The position numbers and the translations under genes are program-made. A stretch of DNA of 64,000 nucleotides from Callorhinchus milii (lineage: Eukaryota), in the NCBI RefSeq assembly GCF_018977255.1, contig NW_024704742.1, positions 75,456,001-75,520,000 on the forward strand. Reading direction: 5' to 3'. The first letter of the stretch is position 1; each line of letters opens with the position of its first letter. The notes under the pieces were generated by a model. The model was not told the DNA's origin. It did no database searches and worked only from the letters and a program-made list of their open reading frames with translations. Of the stretch, positions 52,230 to 64,000 are shown in pieces.

Positions 52230-55200
52230 GTATAGTATATTTATCAAAAGCTGACAAGCTATTTTCCAGAAACCCTGCCCCAAATGTACCATTTTCAATT
52301 TATGTCCTCTAAAATATAGGGATGTTATTAATTTCTATATTGATTCAACTTACATCAATGTTTCTATATTGATGTTTTAAAACAAACTTACCATTGAGTA
52401 GGGAGAGCCTTGATGTGGACTTTCCTGTAGTTCCATTAGGTTGAATTTGAATAAATCCTTCAGTGATTTAGTTGGTAAACATTCTAGTGTGCCAGAATGA
52501 TAGACATGTATGATGACAATATAATTTATACTCATTCTTATCAATTCATCAGCAGGTTAAAATGTTCCCACCCACTAAGCACAAAAATAATTATATCAAT
52601 GTAAAGAAATAACTACACTTCCCGTCCAAAAAAAACAAGTCAAACAAAATTCCTGCATATTAACATGTTCACTGGACAAAGTGAGACTTGAATTAAATGA
52701 GTCACTTCAACAACCCATTAAATTACAACCTTCAATTCTTATGGAGTATGGAATATGGTTAAGTATAGTACATTCACGAGGCCAACTCAAGAGTTAAGCA
52801 GGAATTTCAGCAAGGCCTAAAGCAAAAGCGGTGACTCAGACAGGCGGGTCCCACTAAGATATCAGTTGTGGAGTATAAAGATATTATATGCTGGTTCTTG
52901 AAGATTTAGTGCCCATTGGAGACCAAACAAAAACAACTTAATGTATCAGTATCCTGTAAAACAGCAACTAAAAGGTCTCCATGGCAATGCTAAATGGAAT
53001 TTCAAATTGAAAGCCAGAGACCATTGCAATTGGTTTTGGGTACTTCCATTATTCTGAAGTCATGGAGCAGGATATTTAACAAATATTTTGACAATATTCC
53101 TTAAATAGGGAACACAAAATGTGTTTAAAAATGCTGCAAATTTGAACCAAAACTTGTAAAACCATCACTAGTAATCAGTTATATTTTCTCTCAAATTATT
53201 TTCAAAACAAAGGTAGTGATGAATTCAAATTGTATTACATTCACCATTTTTGTAGTTGTAGATTTTATTAATTATTGTGGAATATGAGATTTCTCACTAT
53301 TTATTACTGTAAACAATTGTGAAGAACAATGAATATAAGTGCATTTTAAGACCAACTGTAAATGCTTTATTAAACAAAAAACAGCACACAATTTGATGAG
53401 CAGACTATATAACCTTTAAGAAAACTTTATTTCTTCCCCTGTTTTATATACAGTCACTCAAAAGTATAAAAATGCCATATAACACAAATCTCAATTTGCA
53501 TGACTCATATTTACAAAGGCCTTTTGGTAATTTTAGTATTAATCAGACTACTGTATAAGGCAACTCCCAAATTATAAATTCTTTGGTTTTGTCTGAAAAA
53601 CATTCATAGTAATTACTTTCTACTTGCAGCATTTGAACTTCCAATAAACGTTCATAAGAGCTTCCCAAGAGGGAGTGTCTCCTTGTTTTCTGGCCAAGAA
53701 ACTCTCTGAAAAAAATTAAGTCATTTCATTTTGTCTGTTTGTGGGATATCATTGTGTTACACCCACTCTCTGCAACTCCATCCCAAGACCCTTCACCTCA
53801 CCCCTTCCCTCACCTCCTTCAAAGTGAGTCTCAATACCTTCCTCTTTGACTGTGTCATCAGTGATTTCCCCCACCCCCACCTTGGCTTCCGCCCTTCAAA
53901 TGCAACTATCCAGCACCTTGGGACATCCTCCTGCTGTGAGAGGCACAATATAAATGCAATGTTGTGTGGAAATTGGCTGCCATGTTCATCAACAAAATAT
54001 AGCACTATACTTTATAGTGAATCCTGCAACACGTTTGAGATATCCTCCCAACCTGAAAGAAGTCATGTCAAATGCAAGGCTCTTTTTTCAAAATAGTAAC
54101 ATGATAATTATTGCCTCAGTAAGACTGCCTAACATTGAAGGTCTTTCTCATTCTCTGAATGTAGAGAATATACCAAACATCATTTGGTTGCAACATGGCT
54201 GACACATTCTTGGCAGACAAAATAACCAATATTCCATTAATATCAACATAAATAGTAAGCTACCAGCATGTGCAGACAGACCAATACTTTTATCTGCAAT
54301 CTATGGAAACCAAAGAGGCATGTTGGTGCACCCCCAACCTAAGGGCCTGAAGAAATAAACAGGTAAGATTGATAATGTTCTGTATTCAACAAATGAAGAT
54401 TACCCCACAAAGTAGTTACTTTTTCTAGGCAACCTCTAAACATCGCTGCCGTATGACCATTAAAAGGAGAGTAGAGTACAAGTGTCTCCAGATGCCTGGA
54501 TGAACCTACCAAATTAACTTTTAATTGGAGAATGAAGATTCTGGAAATAGTCTAAGCTGTTGGATAGTGTAAATGCACTTTTTCATTCCAAAGCCTTAGT
54601 GGCAGATGGCTTACCTGATATTTTGAGGACCCACTACTGTTGGTTAAGGGTCTTCATTCAACAGTCTGCTCTTCTGAATAACCAATTAGTGAAAGATTTG
54701 ATTGGTGTGAGCAGAGGATGACGCCAGACAACTGGGATAATTGATCTTTCCTGTGGGAAGTGAATTTGGACAAGCCCTGCTCAACTCCTGGATGTTTAAA
54801 CCATGGTGTTTAAGGGTCAATATTCAAGTAACCAGAATTTCCCCCTCTGCCCTGGCCTTCTGAACCCCCCCCCCCCCCCCGAGATGGAAAGAAATCGTGG
54901 CTATGCACACGCACCAAATAAAAGTTCCCTGAACAAATCTTGGTTTGCAAGTCTCACAACATGAAGCTGAGTGTTCTGTTAATGCAAGAATCATTATCAG
55001 TAAAATTAGAAGACACATAAACCTTGCCAGGTCAGACCCTAAGAACCAGTCACCCAGATTCAGGATCAAATAGAGCAACTGCTATGTTCATTTCCTGGAA
55101 GTATACCAAGATATTTTCTTGGTAGTATTTGCTAGACAAGTCAACCGCCAGTGCTGTACAGAGAAAGTCCATCCACATTTGGACTTAAATTGAATATTGC

Positions 55201-56727
55201 AAGATCCTGATGTGAGGTCCATTTTTGGTGCAGACAGCCACATTCAGGATATTGTTACCTATTGTTAGCCGTCATGTCTTCCTTGTGAAAATCTTTCACT
55301 CAGCCTCCAGAGGGGGTAAAGGATTCCACGATTGTTTAAGTGAGCCCTAATTCCTCCTTGTAATTGGTAAAACTGAAGCCATTTGCTTGGTTATCATCAA
55401 TAACCTGCCTGGGTGTTCATCAACCTTAATCAGCCAGTGCAACAATCTTGGTGTTCAGGTTCGCCCAAGCTGTCCTTCAATGCCATGTCAGGCTCATTAC
55501 CAGGCCCACCCTGGAATCCATCTCTGGAATGTCTACTTACATCTTTATCCCACCCTCTGTTACTAGAAGTACATTCATGCTTTTGACTCGAGAACAGATT
55601 TCTCCAGAACTCTCCTCAAGAGTCTCCAACTCATCGAGGTTCTGCAGCCTGTGTTCTCTCCTCCATGTCACTCTGCACACCCATCCTCATGAAGCTCCAC
55701 TGGCTCCCAGAACATCTTGAGATCAACATTAACATTCTTGTTCTGACAAGATTTCTTCACAATATTCCTGTGCCCAATGCTCTTCTGATTCTAGTTCAGT
55801 GTACATGCCTCACTTCCTTGGTCTTAAACCTTCAGTCACCATATTCACAGTACTTCCACTTAAGATCGGCACTTAACAGGGCGACATTCCCCTGTTGATT
55901 CAGGACATCCCAATAGGGTCTGAATCAATTTATCCTGAACAGCATCAAGTGAGTTACTGATACAGCATTGTCAGTCTCGTCTTGGTTTATATCTTCTCCA
56001 CTATTATAACTATCAACATTTCATGGCTTCTTTGGCTGATTGGGAAGCATCTTCACTGACCAATATGGATGGAGAATGCTGAAACAGATTTTCTTAATTT
56101 TTTTTTCCCCCCAAAGAGTGCCATCTTTGCAGTCTAACACACATTCTAAGTAAACAATCCAACAACGGTCATGCAAGCATCCATATCATGCCCGAATCAT
56201 GCATCCTAATATATTTCTCACATTCACTAGATCTTATGAACAAAGCAGGACTACAGAACACACAATAGTGAATCATTTGAGGTGCTGCTTACAATCAAGA
56301 GTGATAGAAACTTTTAAAAAACTTAAATACTGTACCTGTACTACAATACTGATCTACACCAAAGCTCAAGTAAAACCAGAATTTTTTTATACATAATATA
56401 CATTAATATAAAAATACTAAAACTAACTTTAAATTATAGAGCAATTATAAGAGATCCAAAGATCATGCGACTGACCTATAAACCATTTTTGCCAAAAGGA
56501 AAAAATTTATGCCTTACAGTGGTACCAATTGCATGTGGGAGGAAAAGGTTATGTGGTTATTACAAATGATGTCAAACATCACATCTTAAAAGGGATGTAC
56601 GTCATTGTTGTGTCTTTCCCCGCCCCCATAAAGAATGAGTCAGCCATGCCTTGCACCCACAGGTTGAAAAGGTTGTACAGATAAAGTACTTAGCTCTAAA
56701 ATATAAAACATGAAGGCTACCTAAAGC

Positions 56728-56733
56728 TTTATT
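56728..56733 (-). terminator. Candidate polyadenylation signal (AATAAA) of the Jun-family gene
   Basis: tttatt on the + strand about 900 nt past the stop codon, after an AU-rich 3' UTR. Other AATAAA hexamers exist (e.g. near 57374 and 53366). Confidence 0.35.
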
Positions 56734-57636
56734 GTTATTTTTAAAAAAAACACCCAACTGCAACCAATACATTTACTGAATAAAGAAAACAGCTGAGCTA
56801 TTTGCTTGATTGTAATAGGGCAATGAAATAGACCAACTAACCATCTCTAGCATAGTACTGCTCCCAGATACCGATCATTGTACTGTACTCGATATCGCAC
56901 CCTAAAATGAAAGCTCAACTTAAAACAAAAAATTCTTATGTTTAAAAAATACATTTAGTCCATACGGATGTATTTAACATTACTGGTTAATAACTTCAGC
57001 TCCAGTTCTTGGTCATGTTTGACATCAATAGGCCAAAAACATTTGTGCAATCTTTCACATTAGTTCCTTTGTATGTGCTCTAAATTTTAAATCTTGAGAA
57101 GACCCATGCTTCAAAACTTTCTTTCCAGTGCATTTAGAGAGAGCTTAAAAAGCTTTCCTTCTTGAACTGCCTTTTTCACAAACATGAAGATCTTTAGAAC
57201 TATTTTTTGAAAAAAACAAGACAATCCTTAAACTTTGTGCTTTCTAATTTTTAAATTTTTGTTGTTCTTTAAGATGCCCATTGGTCTACAGCATTGTTCT
57301 GAAATGAAAATAGAAATGCATTTAGAAGGACATCAGCAGATTCAAAATAGACAGTTGTCTACAAATTCAAACTTTTATTTTAAAGTATTCTAGTATGGAA
57401 AGCAGGATATTTTTGATTATATACACCTCTAAATGGGCACCAATGGCACAGTAAACAGTCTCCTTGAAGATTTTTCCCTCCTCCAAGATTAACGATTCCA
57501 TCAACCCAAGGTGCTTCACATATTGTGCCAGCTGTTCAATCTCTAAATTTCAGCAGGTAATTAGGCACAAACCTCAGTCAATGCCCAGCACCTCTCAATG
57601 GAATCTAACCGTCTACCAGTCTGTCCTAAAGTATAT

Positions 57637-58256
57637 TTAAAATCTGGCATTTTCTTCTGGTTTTAGGAGGCTAGAGGTAGTAAGCACTAATTGACACCCA
57701 TTAGTGACATGGTTCATCACTTTATGTTTAAGCTGTACCACTTGTTCACGCAAGACAGTGGCTGTTGAGGTCAATTCAGAGTTTTCTGATTTCAGACTCT
57801 TTACTTTGTTCTCCAATCTTGAAATACGCTCCAGCTTCCTCCTTCGACAGTTGGATGCAGCAATGCGATTTCTCAATCGCTTCCTCTCAGCTTTGATTTG
57901 GTCCTGATTGCCTAGATCTATTGGAGAGAGTGGAGGAGATTCACCCACAGGACCTACTTCAGGCACAATCTGGGGTTGTTCTTGGAGTTTGGGGCAACCA
58001 GGTTGTGCACTGGCTGGGAGATGGTCTTGAACAAGTGTTCGGCCAGCACAGGGTATAGTAGCAGTAGAAGAATAAGTTCCAGAAATCATACTGGATAGGC
58101 TTGGGTTGTAGGTGTTGTTTGTATATACAGGTAAGTCTCCTCCCCTTGCCTGGGTCAGATGCAGATTCCCATGATACACTGATGTTGAGGTATGAGGTGA
58201 GCAGGTGGTTCCTGATAGGATTAGGAGCTGGTTCTGCTTCTGCAAATCCTGCAATG
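57637..58256 (-). CDS. Jun-family transcription factor, coding exon 2 including bZIP; spliced protein 292 aa (JunE-like)
   Basis: ttttcattttaaag acceptor; splicing rebuilds the conserved [13 protein letters not shown]. Contains [50 protein letters not shown], a five-leucine zipper and HVTNGCQL; stop at 57637-57639. Confidence 0.95.
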
Positions 58257-58599
58257 CTTTAAAATGAAAAAGTTACTGGGTTGTCCCAAGTTATCAATAA
58301 AATACAGAAGATCCACAATTTAAAACATATTTTATCTATGCATTTTATTTAAAAAATATACATTTTCTAGCTCTTTAAATGCCCTTCCACTAGAGGCCTC
58401 TCACTGACCAAAGCACATAATTCTGCTTCATATCCTCTAAAGTCAACAGATAATTATTGGACAAGAATGGTACTGCCTTGCTGGATATTCCATCTCCACA
58501 ATTCCTCCCAAGATCAGTGATTCACTCAATTGTCCAAATGTGCCTCCTTATATAATTCTTTATGTTCTATTACTGCGTTCCTGTTTCCTTCCCAAGAAA

Positions 58600-59860
58600 G
58601 GGAGACGGGGAGAGGATGACTGTAGACAGTCAAAGAGAAAGTGATCAGGTGTGATCAAAAGACAGGTAAAGAGGGGCCCAAGTAGAGGAATTGAGGAAGC
58701 AGCTCCAGTGGATCATCGTGGCTGAAATCACAGCCACCAATGGTAAATCAGAGAAGTTGAGAGACACGCAGAAGGGCCAACTCAGCCGAGCGGGGTGCAG
58801 GGGGGGTAAGGTGAGTAGAGTGGAATGTGAGCTGGGCAGAGAGGCAGGGAGATACCAGACCATAAAGTGATTTGTAGGAGAGTTTGAGGATCTTAAAGTA
58901 GATCCATTCTGTGACAGGGAGCCAGTGGAGTCTAGCAAGGACTGAGGTTGTCAGCCTGGCTCAATTGGTAGCAGTCTTGCCTCTGAGTCAGAAGACAATG
59001 GATTCAATTCAAGCCCCACATCAGTACTTTAAAGTTATAGTACAGGCTGACATGACACTCAAATGTAGTGTTGTGGGAGGTGCCTTCCTTTGGATGAGAC
59101 AAAGTCCTGTCTGCCTGCTCAGGCGGATATACAAGATCCAGTGGTAGAATTTGAAAAGAGAACAGTTTTTTCCCTGGTCAACAGTCTCCGGTCAAAATTA
59201 ATCAATGATTTCATGGCTGTTTGTAATACATTGCTGTGCACAAATTGGCTACCACGTTCGTTAATTCTGTGTAGTTCTCCCTTGCAACCTGAAAAGATTA
59301 CATTGTCAATGCAAATACTGACCCTGGGCAGTAAAATGCACTTTTGTTTTATTCCAAGCTCTCTTACATATATTTTGTCTCATTACTCAAATTCAAGCTA
59401 CAGATAGTTTTCAATGTTTACATGCTAAAAATGAAACTTAGCCCAATTTGTTTTCCATTGGATTTCTAAAAGTGAATCTTCAAAGTTATGTTACAAACAT
59501 TGTTCCATTATCTCATATTGAATATGACTAGACCTGTATAGTTTAACATTCCCATTGCAGTTTGCAGAAAATGGATCTGCCTCAAGGCCTCTGTCAATCA
59601 CATAACGGACTATGGGAACCTGCTTAAAGATGTGCAGGACAACTACGAGTTTGTTTGCCAAGAAGCACTGATTTGAAAATGTTAGCAATTCTAAAATAAT
59701 CACTCATAACCTATAATAATCTTTGCATTTGATATAGCGTCTTATCACATCTTTAGAGATGTTTCAAAGCGCTTCACAGAACATACTGTGAAGTTAATTA
59801 ACTGTATATTTTGTGGGTGAAATGTGGCAGCTATTTGCACACAGCAGTGTCCCAAAAACA
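58600..59860. mobile_element. L2, Deu-SINE and SINE fragments inside the Jun intron
   Basis: L2 3' end on minus strand (58600-58940), Deu-SINE (58950-59260), SINE tail (59712-59860). Confidence 0.7.
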
Positions 59861-61099
59861 ATCATTAATACAAACCTAAGCCAATTAATACATCGGGTGG
59901 ACATACCTTGAGTCACCTATCCCTACTTTATTTCTTATACGGCCACCCACTTGGAACATTCATCAACGGCATTAGTTGAGAAGTTAGTGACTACAACAGA
60001 AACCCCTGAACAATATTTCAATCCCAGGACTAAAAAAAACGTACATCTTAAAACAACTTAACTGCAATAGTGGTATTGCATACCAATATTAGTCCTGAAT
60101 AACAGAACACTGACTATCAAAATGCTCTAGAAACCAGTATGACACACAGACAGAACGAAATTTGATGAACTTATTTCATCACCATCAACTTGAACTAATA
60201 CTCATGAGATATTCTGCAGTTTTTGGTTTAGTTTTCAGGTTAAATATTACCTTCAAGAGTTAAAAACAAACTTAAAAAATGTTACACTGAGTACAGTAGT
60301 GGTGAAGTTAAGTGTGTGATTGCTTACTATAGGAACATGAGCGTTCATCCTCTTGCTCCCTGTTCCCTGACTGCAGTACAAATCCTCTGCCTGCAAAAGG
60401 GAATGCACAAAATAATACAATTATGGTTCCACGGCAATTACAAGTCATTTCAGTGTTTTGTGAATTTTTCGTTGAAGGTACATTTTGGGGGGAGATTTCT
60501 GGAAGAAATTTGGGACTTTAAGTTCACAGCCTGGGATGATTCTAGAGCATTATCGGGGAAGCACAGCATGGAAGGAACTGCTGTCCTTTGCATGAGGCTT
60601 TAAACTGGGGTCCAATCTGCCCGTTCTGGTGGATATTAAAGATCCAATAACAATTTTCATGTAGAGTTTCTACCAGCCAACATTCCTTCAGTTAAATTAC
60701 TCACTCACTTCAAATTTGTTTATGGACATTCTTTATCAGATACTGGCTGCCATTTGCCTACAAATGCAATCACTACCCTTAACAATAATGCCTTTGGAGC
60801 ACTTTTCTTAAATTACTGCATAATCCTTGCAGGTCCTATTCCTATAATAATAATAATAAACAAAAAAAAACACACACTACACCAAATTAAGATGTGAATC
60901 AAATTGAGTTTGTGCCCAGACCGCCGTTAAGCGAGCCAGATAGGGAAGTGGAGACGGACAAACAAAAAAAAAGGGGCGAGATCAGGAATTTAAAGGAGGG
61001 GAACCAGGAAGCTGGCACCAGAGGTGTGAATCAACTCAGTTGTGCAAACTGAACTAATGCAGCGATTTTTTTGCGTTCACAAACGAGAGGGGAGGGAAG

Positions 61100-62220
61100 G
61101 AGCGAGTGCGAGGTGGAGACCAGCAGACTCGGCCTCCACGTGTGAGCTCCGAGAGACGCAGCGCCCCCCCCCAAAAAAAACACTAATCTTGTTTCCCGAG
61201 ACACCCCTCAGAAACAAATATTAAATGGTGAATCTGATCATTTAGGAGTGAGGGTCAGAGCAGAGGGGGGGGGGGGGGGGGGGAGCTTCAGTTGGTGCTC
61301 GGGGCTGCGTGGAGCTCACTCACATGTCAGCGTGTGAGGGAGGGGGAACCCCGAGCACAATGCCGAGGTGGACATTGCTGCCATCACACGAAATGCGAGG
61401 ACCTCACCTCTGGTTGAATTCAAAAAATAACGCAAACATTTACTGCATCAACAACAGTAAATATGTACTATCAGAGACCGGGCAGGTCAGGTGTGCGGGC
61501 GGGCGGGCGCCAGCGGGGGGAGGGGAGGGGGGGAGGGGGCAGCGAGGCGACAACACGGGCGGCGGAGAGGAGAGGGTCACCTTTGACAAGTCCCTGAGAC
61601 AGCCGCTCCTGCTCCTCTTCCTGTAGTCGGCCGCTCGCCGAGCCTCGGCCCGAGGCCTGTGCCGTCATGAGCCGATGCAGTTCGGGAGAGGCCAGCCTGA
61701 GAAAGGTGGGCTCCGGGGGCTCGGCTGCTCCGCTGCTCGCGCTCTTCTCGTCAGTCTGGGACCTGGGGTGGCGAGGATAGGAGCCGCTGCCGGGCCTGAC
61801 CGCACTCACAGCCTCATCGTGGTAGAAGGGCGCTTCCATAGGGCGAGGGCGAGGCCGCGGTCACAAGCACCAACCGCTCCGCTCGACTGCACGTCTCCTC
61901 GGCGACGGTTGGGAGGAATGACGGTGGGGCGGGGGAAGGGTGCGCGGACCGCGCGACAATGACGCATCCACCTCACGTGATCCGATGACTTATTACGACG
62001 GGGGTGACTCATACGCTCGTTTCCCCTGGTGACGGTGACGTAGGTGAACGCCCCTCCTTTCCCTCGCCTCCCTGGAGCCGGGCCGCGCCTGCGCAGGAGT
62101 CGGTCGACTCGCCGCTTTCCCGAAATAAGAATGACGTCACTGAGCTGGACGGGCGGTCGCCATGATCTCCCACGTGGGCAGGAAGAGGGTCTGAGAAGGA
62201 GGAGGGAAACGCTTCCCTCC
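61100..62220. promoter_or_regulatory. CpG island and promoter of the Jun-family gene with AP-1/CRE/E-box cluster
   Basis: GC box 61926; TGACGCA 61960; TCACGTGA 61973; TGACTTA 61986; TGACTCA 62005; TGACG 62030 and 62036; TGACGTCA 62132; CACGTG 62171. Confidence 0.75.
61581..61839 (-). CDS. Jun-family (AP-1) transcription factor, coding exon 1 (MEAPFYHDEA...LRLASPELHRL...EEQERLSQGLVK)
   Basis: MExPFYxD start motif, LxLASPELxRL and EEQE motifs of the Jun N-terminal domain; 86 codons plus 1 nt end at AAAG|gtgacc donor. Confidence 0.88.
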
Positions 62221-62516
62221 TAATGTGACAGGCGCTGCAGCACAAGAGTCATGTGTTGTTGTTGTTGTTAAAGAAGGGAGTGAATAAGAGTTTGTATTGT
62301 TTAATAGAGTGGATACGGTGGGAAAGTTCTCCCAAAAGGAGTTATTGTCACAGTGCACAGGTTAGGATTTAAGTGCATAGCTTTACACAGATCCGGCTGT
62401 TTCCGCTGGTCGGGGGGGGGGGTCCGTACCCGGGGACACAAGAATAATATTGTGACTGGAGGATCAAAAAGAAAATTTAGGAGGAACCGTTTCACAAAGA
62501 GGGGTAGCGAGATTGC

Positions 62517-63928
62517 CTACTCCACACAGAGCCTAATAATAATCCCTCCAAAACAAAACAATAATAAATTGGTCATTTTCAATCTACGACTGTTTGTGGG
62601 ACATTGCTGTGCGCAATTGGCTGCCGCGTTCGCCCACAAATATACAGTCAATTCACTTTACAGTGTGTTCTGTGAAGCGCTTTGGGACGTCCTCCCGACG
62701 TGAAAAGCGCTATATCAAATGCAAGGATTATCATTATTATTATTGCGGAATTTGCTGCCTGCAGAGGTGGTTACACGGGGGAGAAGAATAAAAGGGCACA
62801 ATAATAATAATCCATGCATTTGATATAGAACCGTTTCAATCCACGACTGTTTGTGCGACACTGCTGTGCGCAATTGGCTGCTGCGTTCTGCCTACACAAT
62901 ATACAGACAATTCACTTTACACTATATTCTGTGAAGCGCTTTGAGACATCTCGAAGACGTGATTAGGCACTATATCAAATGCATGGATTATTATTTCCTT
63001 ATGTCATTGAGATGTCTCAAAGTGCTTCACAGAATATACTATAATGTGGATTGACTATATTTTGTGGGTGAAACACAGCAGACTGTCCCACAAACAGCCA
63101 TGAATGAATAACCAATTTTATTTGGGGGTTTGCTGGCCAGAAAACCAGGAGAAATTCCCTTCTTTTTTCAAATAGTGCCAGGGGATCTTTAACATCTACC
63201 TGAACAGGTTAGACGGGACCTCTGTTTAACGTCTTATCCGTCTTATCCAAGTCCCGACATGGGAATTGAACCCACAAAGCTCTGACTCAGAGGCAAGAGT
63301 GCTACCACTGTGCCAGGCTGACACACAAATGGGAGGGAATAAGGAAATGAGTGGAGACTCGTCTTGAGTATAAATACCAGCCCTGATTGGTTGGATTGAG
63401 TGGCCTGTTTCCGTGCTGTGCATTCTTTGTACATCTTTGTAAGTGTATTTTTAGGAAAATGTGCATAACTGGCCACAAAAACAACCATGACCAATAAATG
63501 ACCAATTTTATTCGGAGGATTGGTGTCCCTTAGGAGAAACTTCCTTCAGTGGCGTAACAGCTCCGGGGGGAGAATCAAAATTTTGCTTACCTTTATTATC
63601 TGTCTCCTCGTGTACTATCTCTTTCCGGCAAAGCGCATGCTTGATGCGGTTATATTGTTGAGTCCTGTAGTTCAGTGGTAAGTGCACTTGTCTTACAAGT
63701 GAGAGACCTGGGTTCCATTCCCGGCAAGGAGAAATGTTGGACAAGTTTCCTTACTCGGTTTCCGCTAAAAAAAAATTGGTCACTCAATCCATGACTGTTT
63801 GTGGTACACTGCTGTGCACAATTGGCTGCTGCGTTTCACCCACAAAATATACAGTCAATTCACTTTACAGTATATTCTGTGAAGCTAGAAGACGTGAAAA
63901 GCGCTATATCAAATGCAAGGATTATTAT
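62517..63928. mobile_element. SINE cluster upstream of the Jun promoter (young copy 62517-62743; others 62835-62995, 63010-63325, 63659-63928)
   Basis: Direct similarity to the other family members. Confidence 0.8.
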
Positions 63929-64000
63929 ATCAAAATGTGGTCTGAGATAACATGTCATTCCACCATTAACGGGTTGGGTCCCAATTACCTCTTCGGCACT

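Noticed and set aside
49300..56400. THAP1, expected downstream of RNF170 from human synteny
   Set aside because: No THAP-domain exon (CSAYGC, FHKFP, CSEHF, AVPTIF) or CpG island seen; small exons could have been missed.
57637..58254. Stand-alone 205-aa intronless or retrocopy Jun starting at 58254
   Set aside because: The start is TTG directly after a splice acceptor, and the missing N-terminus is present in phase at 61581-61839.

Overview
Vertebrate nuclear DNA, most likely from a cartilaginous fish (inferred from CR1/L2 LINEs, Deu-domain tRNA-SINEs and a Penelope-type palindromic repeat). There are three protein-coding loci. (1) The 5' end of a HOOK gene, probably HOOK3, on the minus strand (coding exon 1 16010-16054, exon 2 2902-2987). 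(2) A complete RNF170 gene on the plus strand (six coding exons 30215-48249, 263 aa), head-to-head with HOOK across a CpG island at about 15.6-16.6 kb. (3) A complete Jun-family bZIP gene on the minus strand (61581-61839 joined to 57637-58256, 292 aa). The Jun gene is the most unusual feature: a 3.3-kb intron splits its coding region, its N-terminus is shortened, AP-1/CRE/E-box motifs cluster upstream, and it sits beside RNF170-HOOK3, which fits a fourth Jun paralogue (JunE-like) absent from mammals. The rest is dense with repeats: about 25 copies of a tRNA-headed, L2-tailed SINE (with a young subfamily and fold-back duplications at several 5' junctions), L2 and CR1 fragments, a decayed hAT element, a Tigger-like MITE and several hairpins. 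All assignments come from reading the sequence by eye and recalled family motifs; no database search was run and repeat boundaries are approximate.
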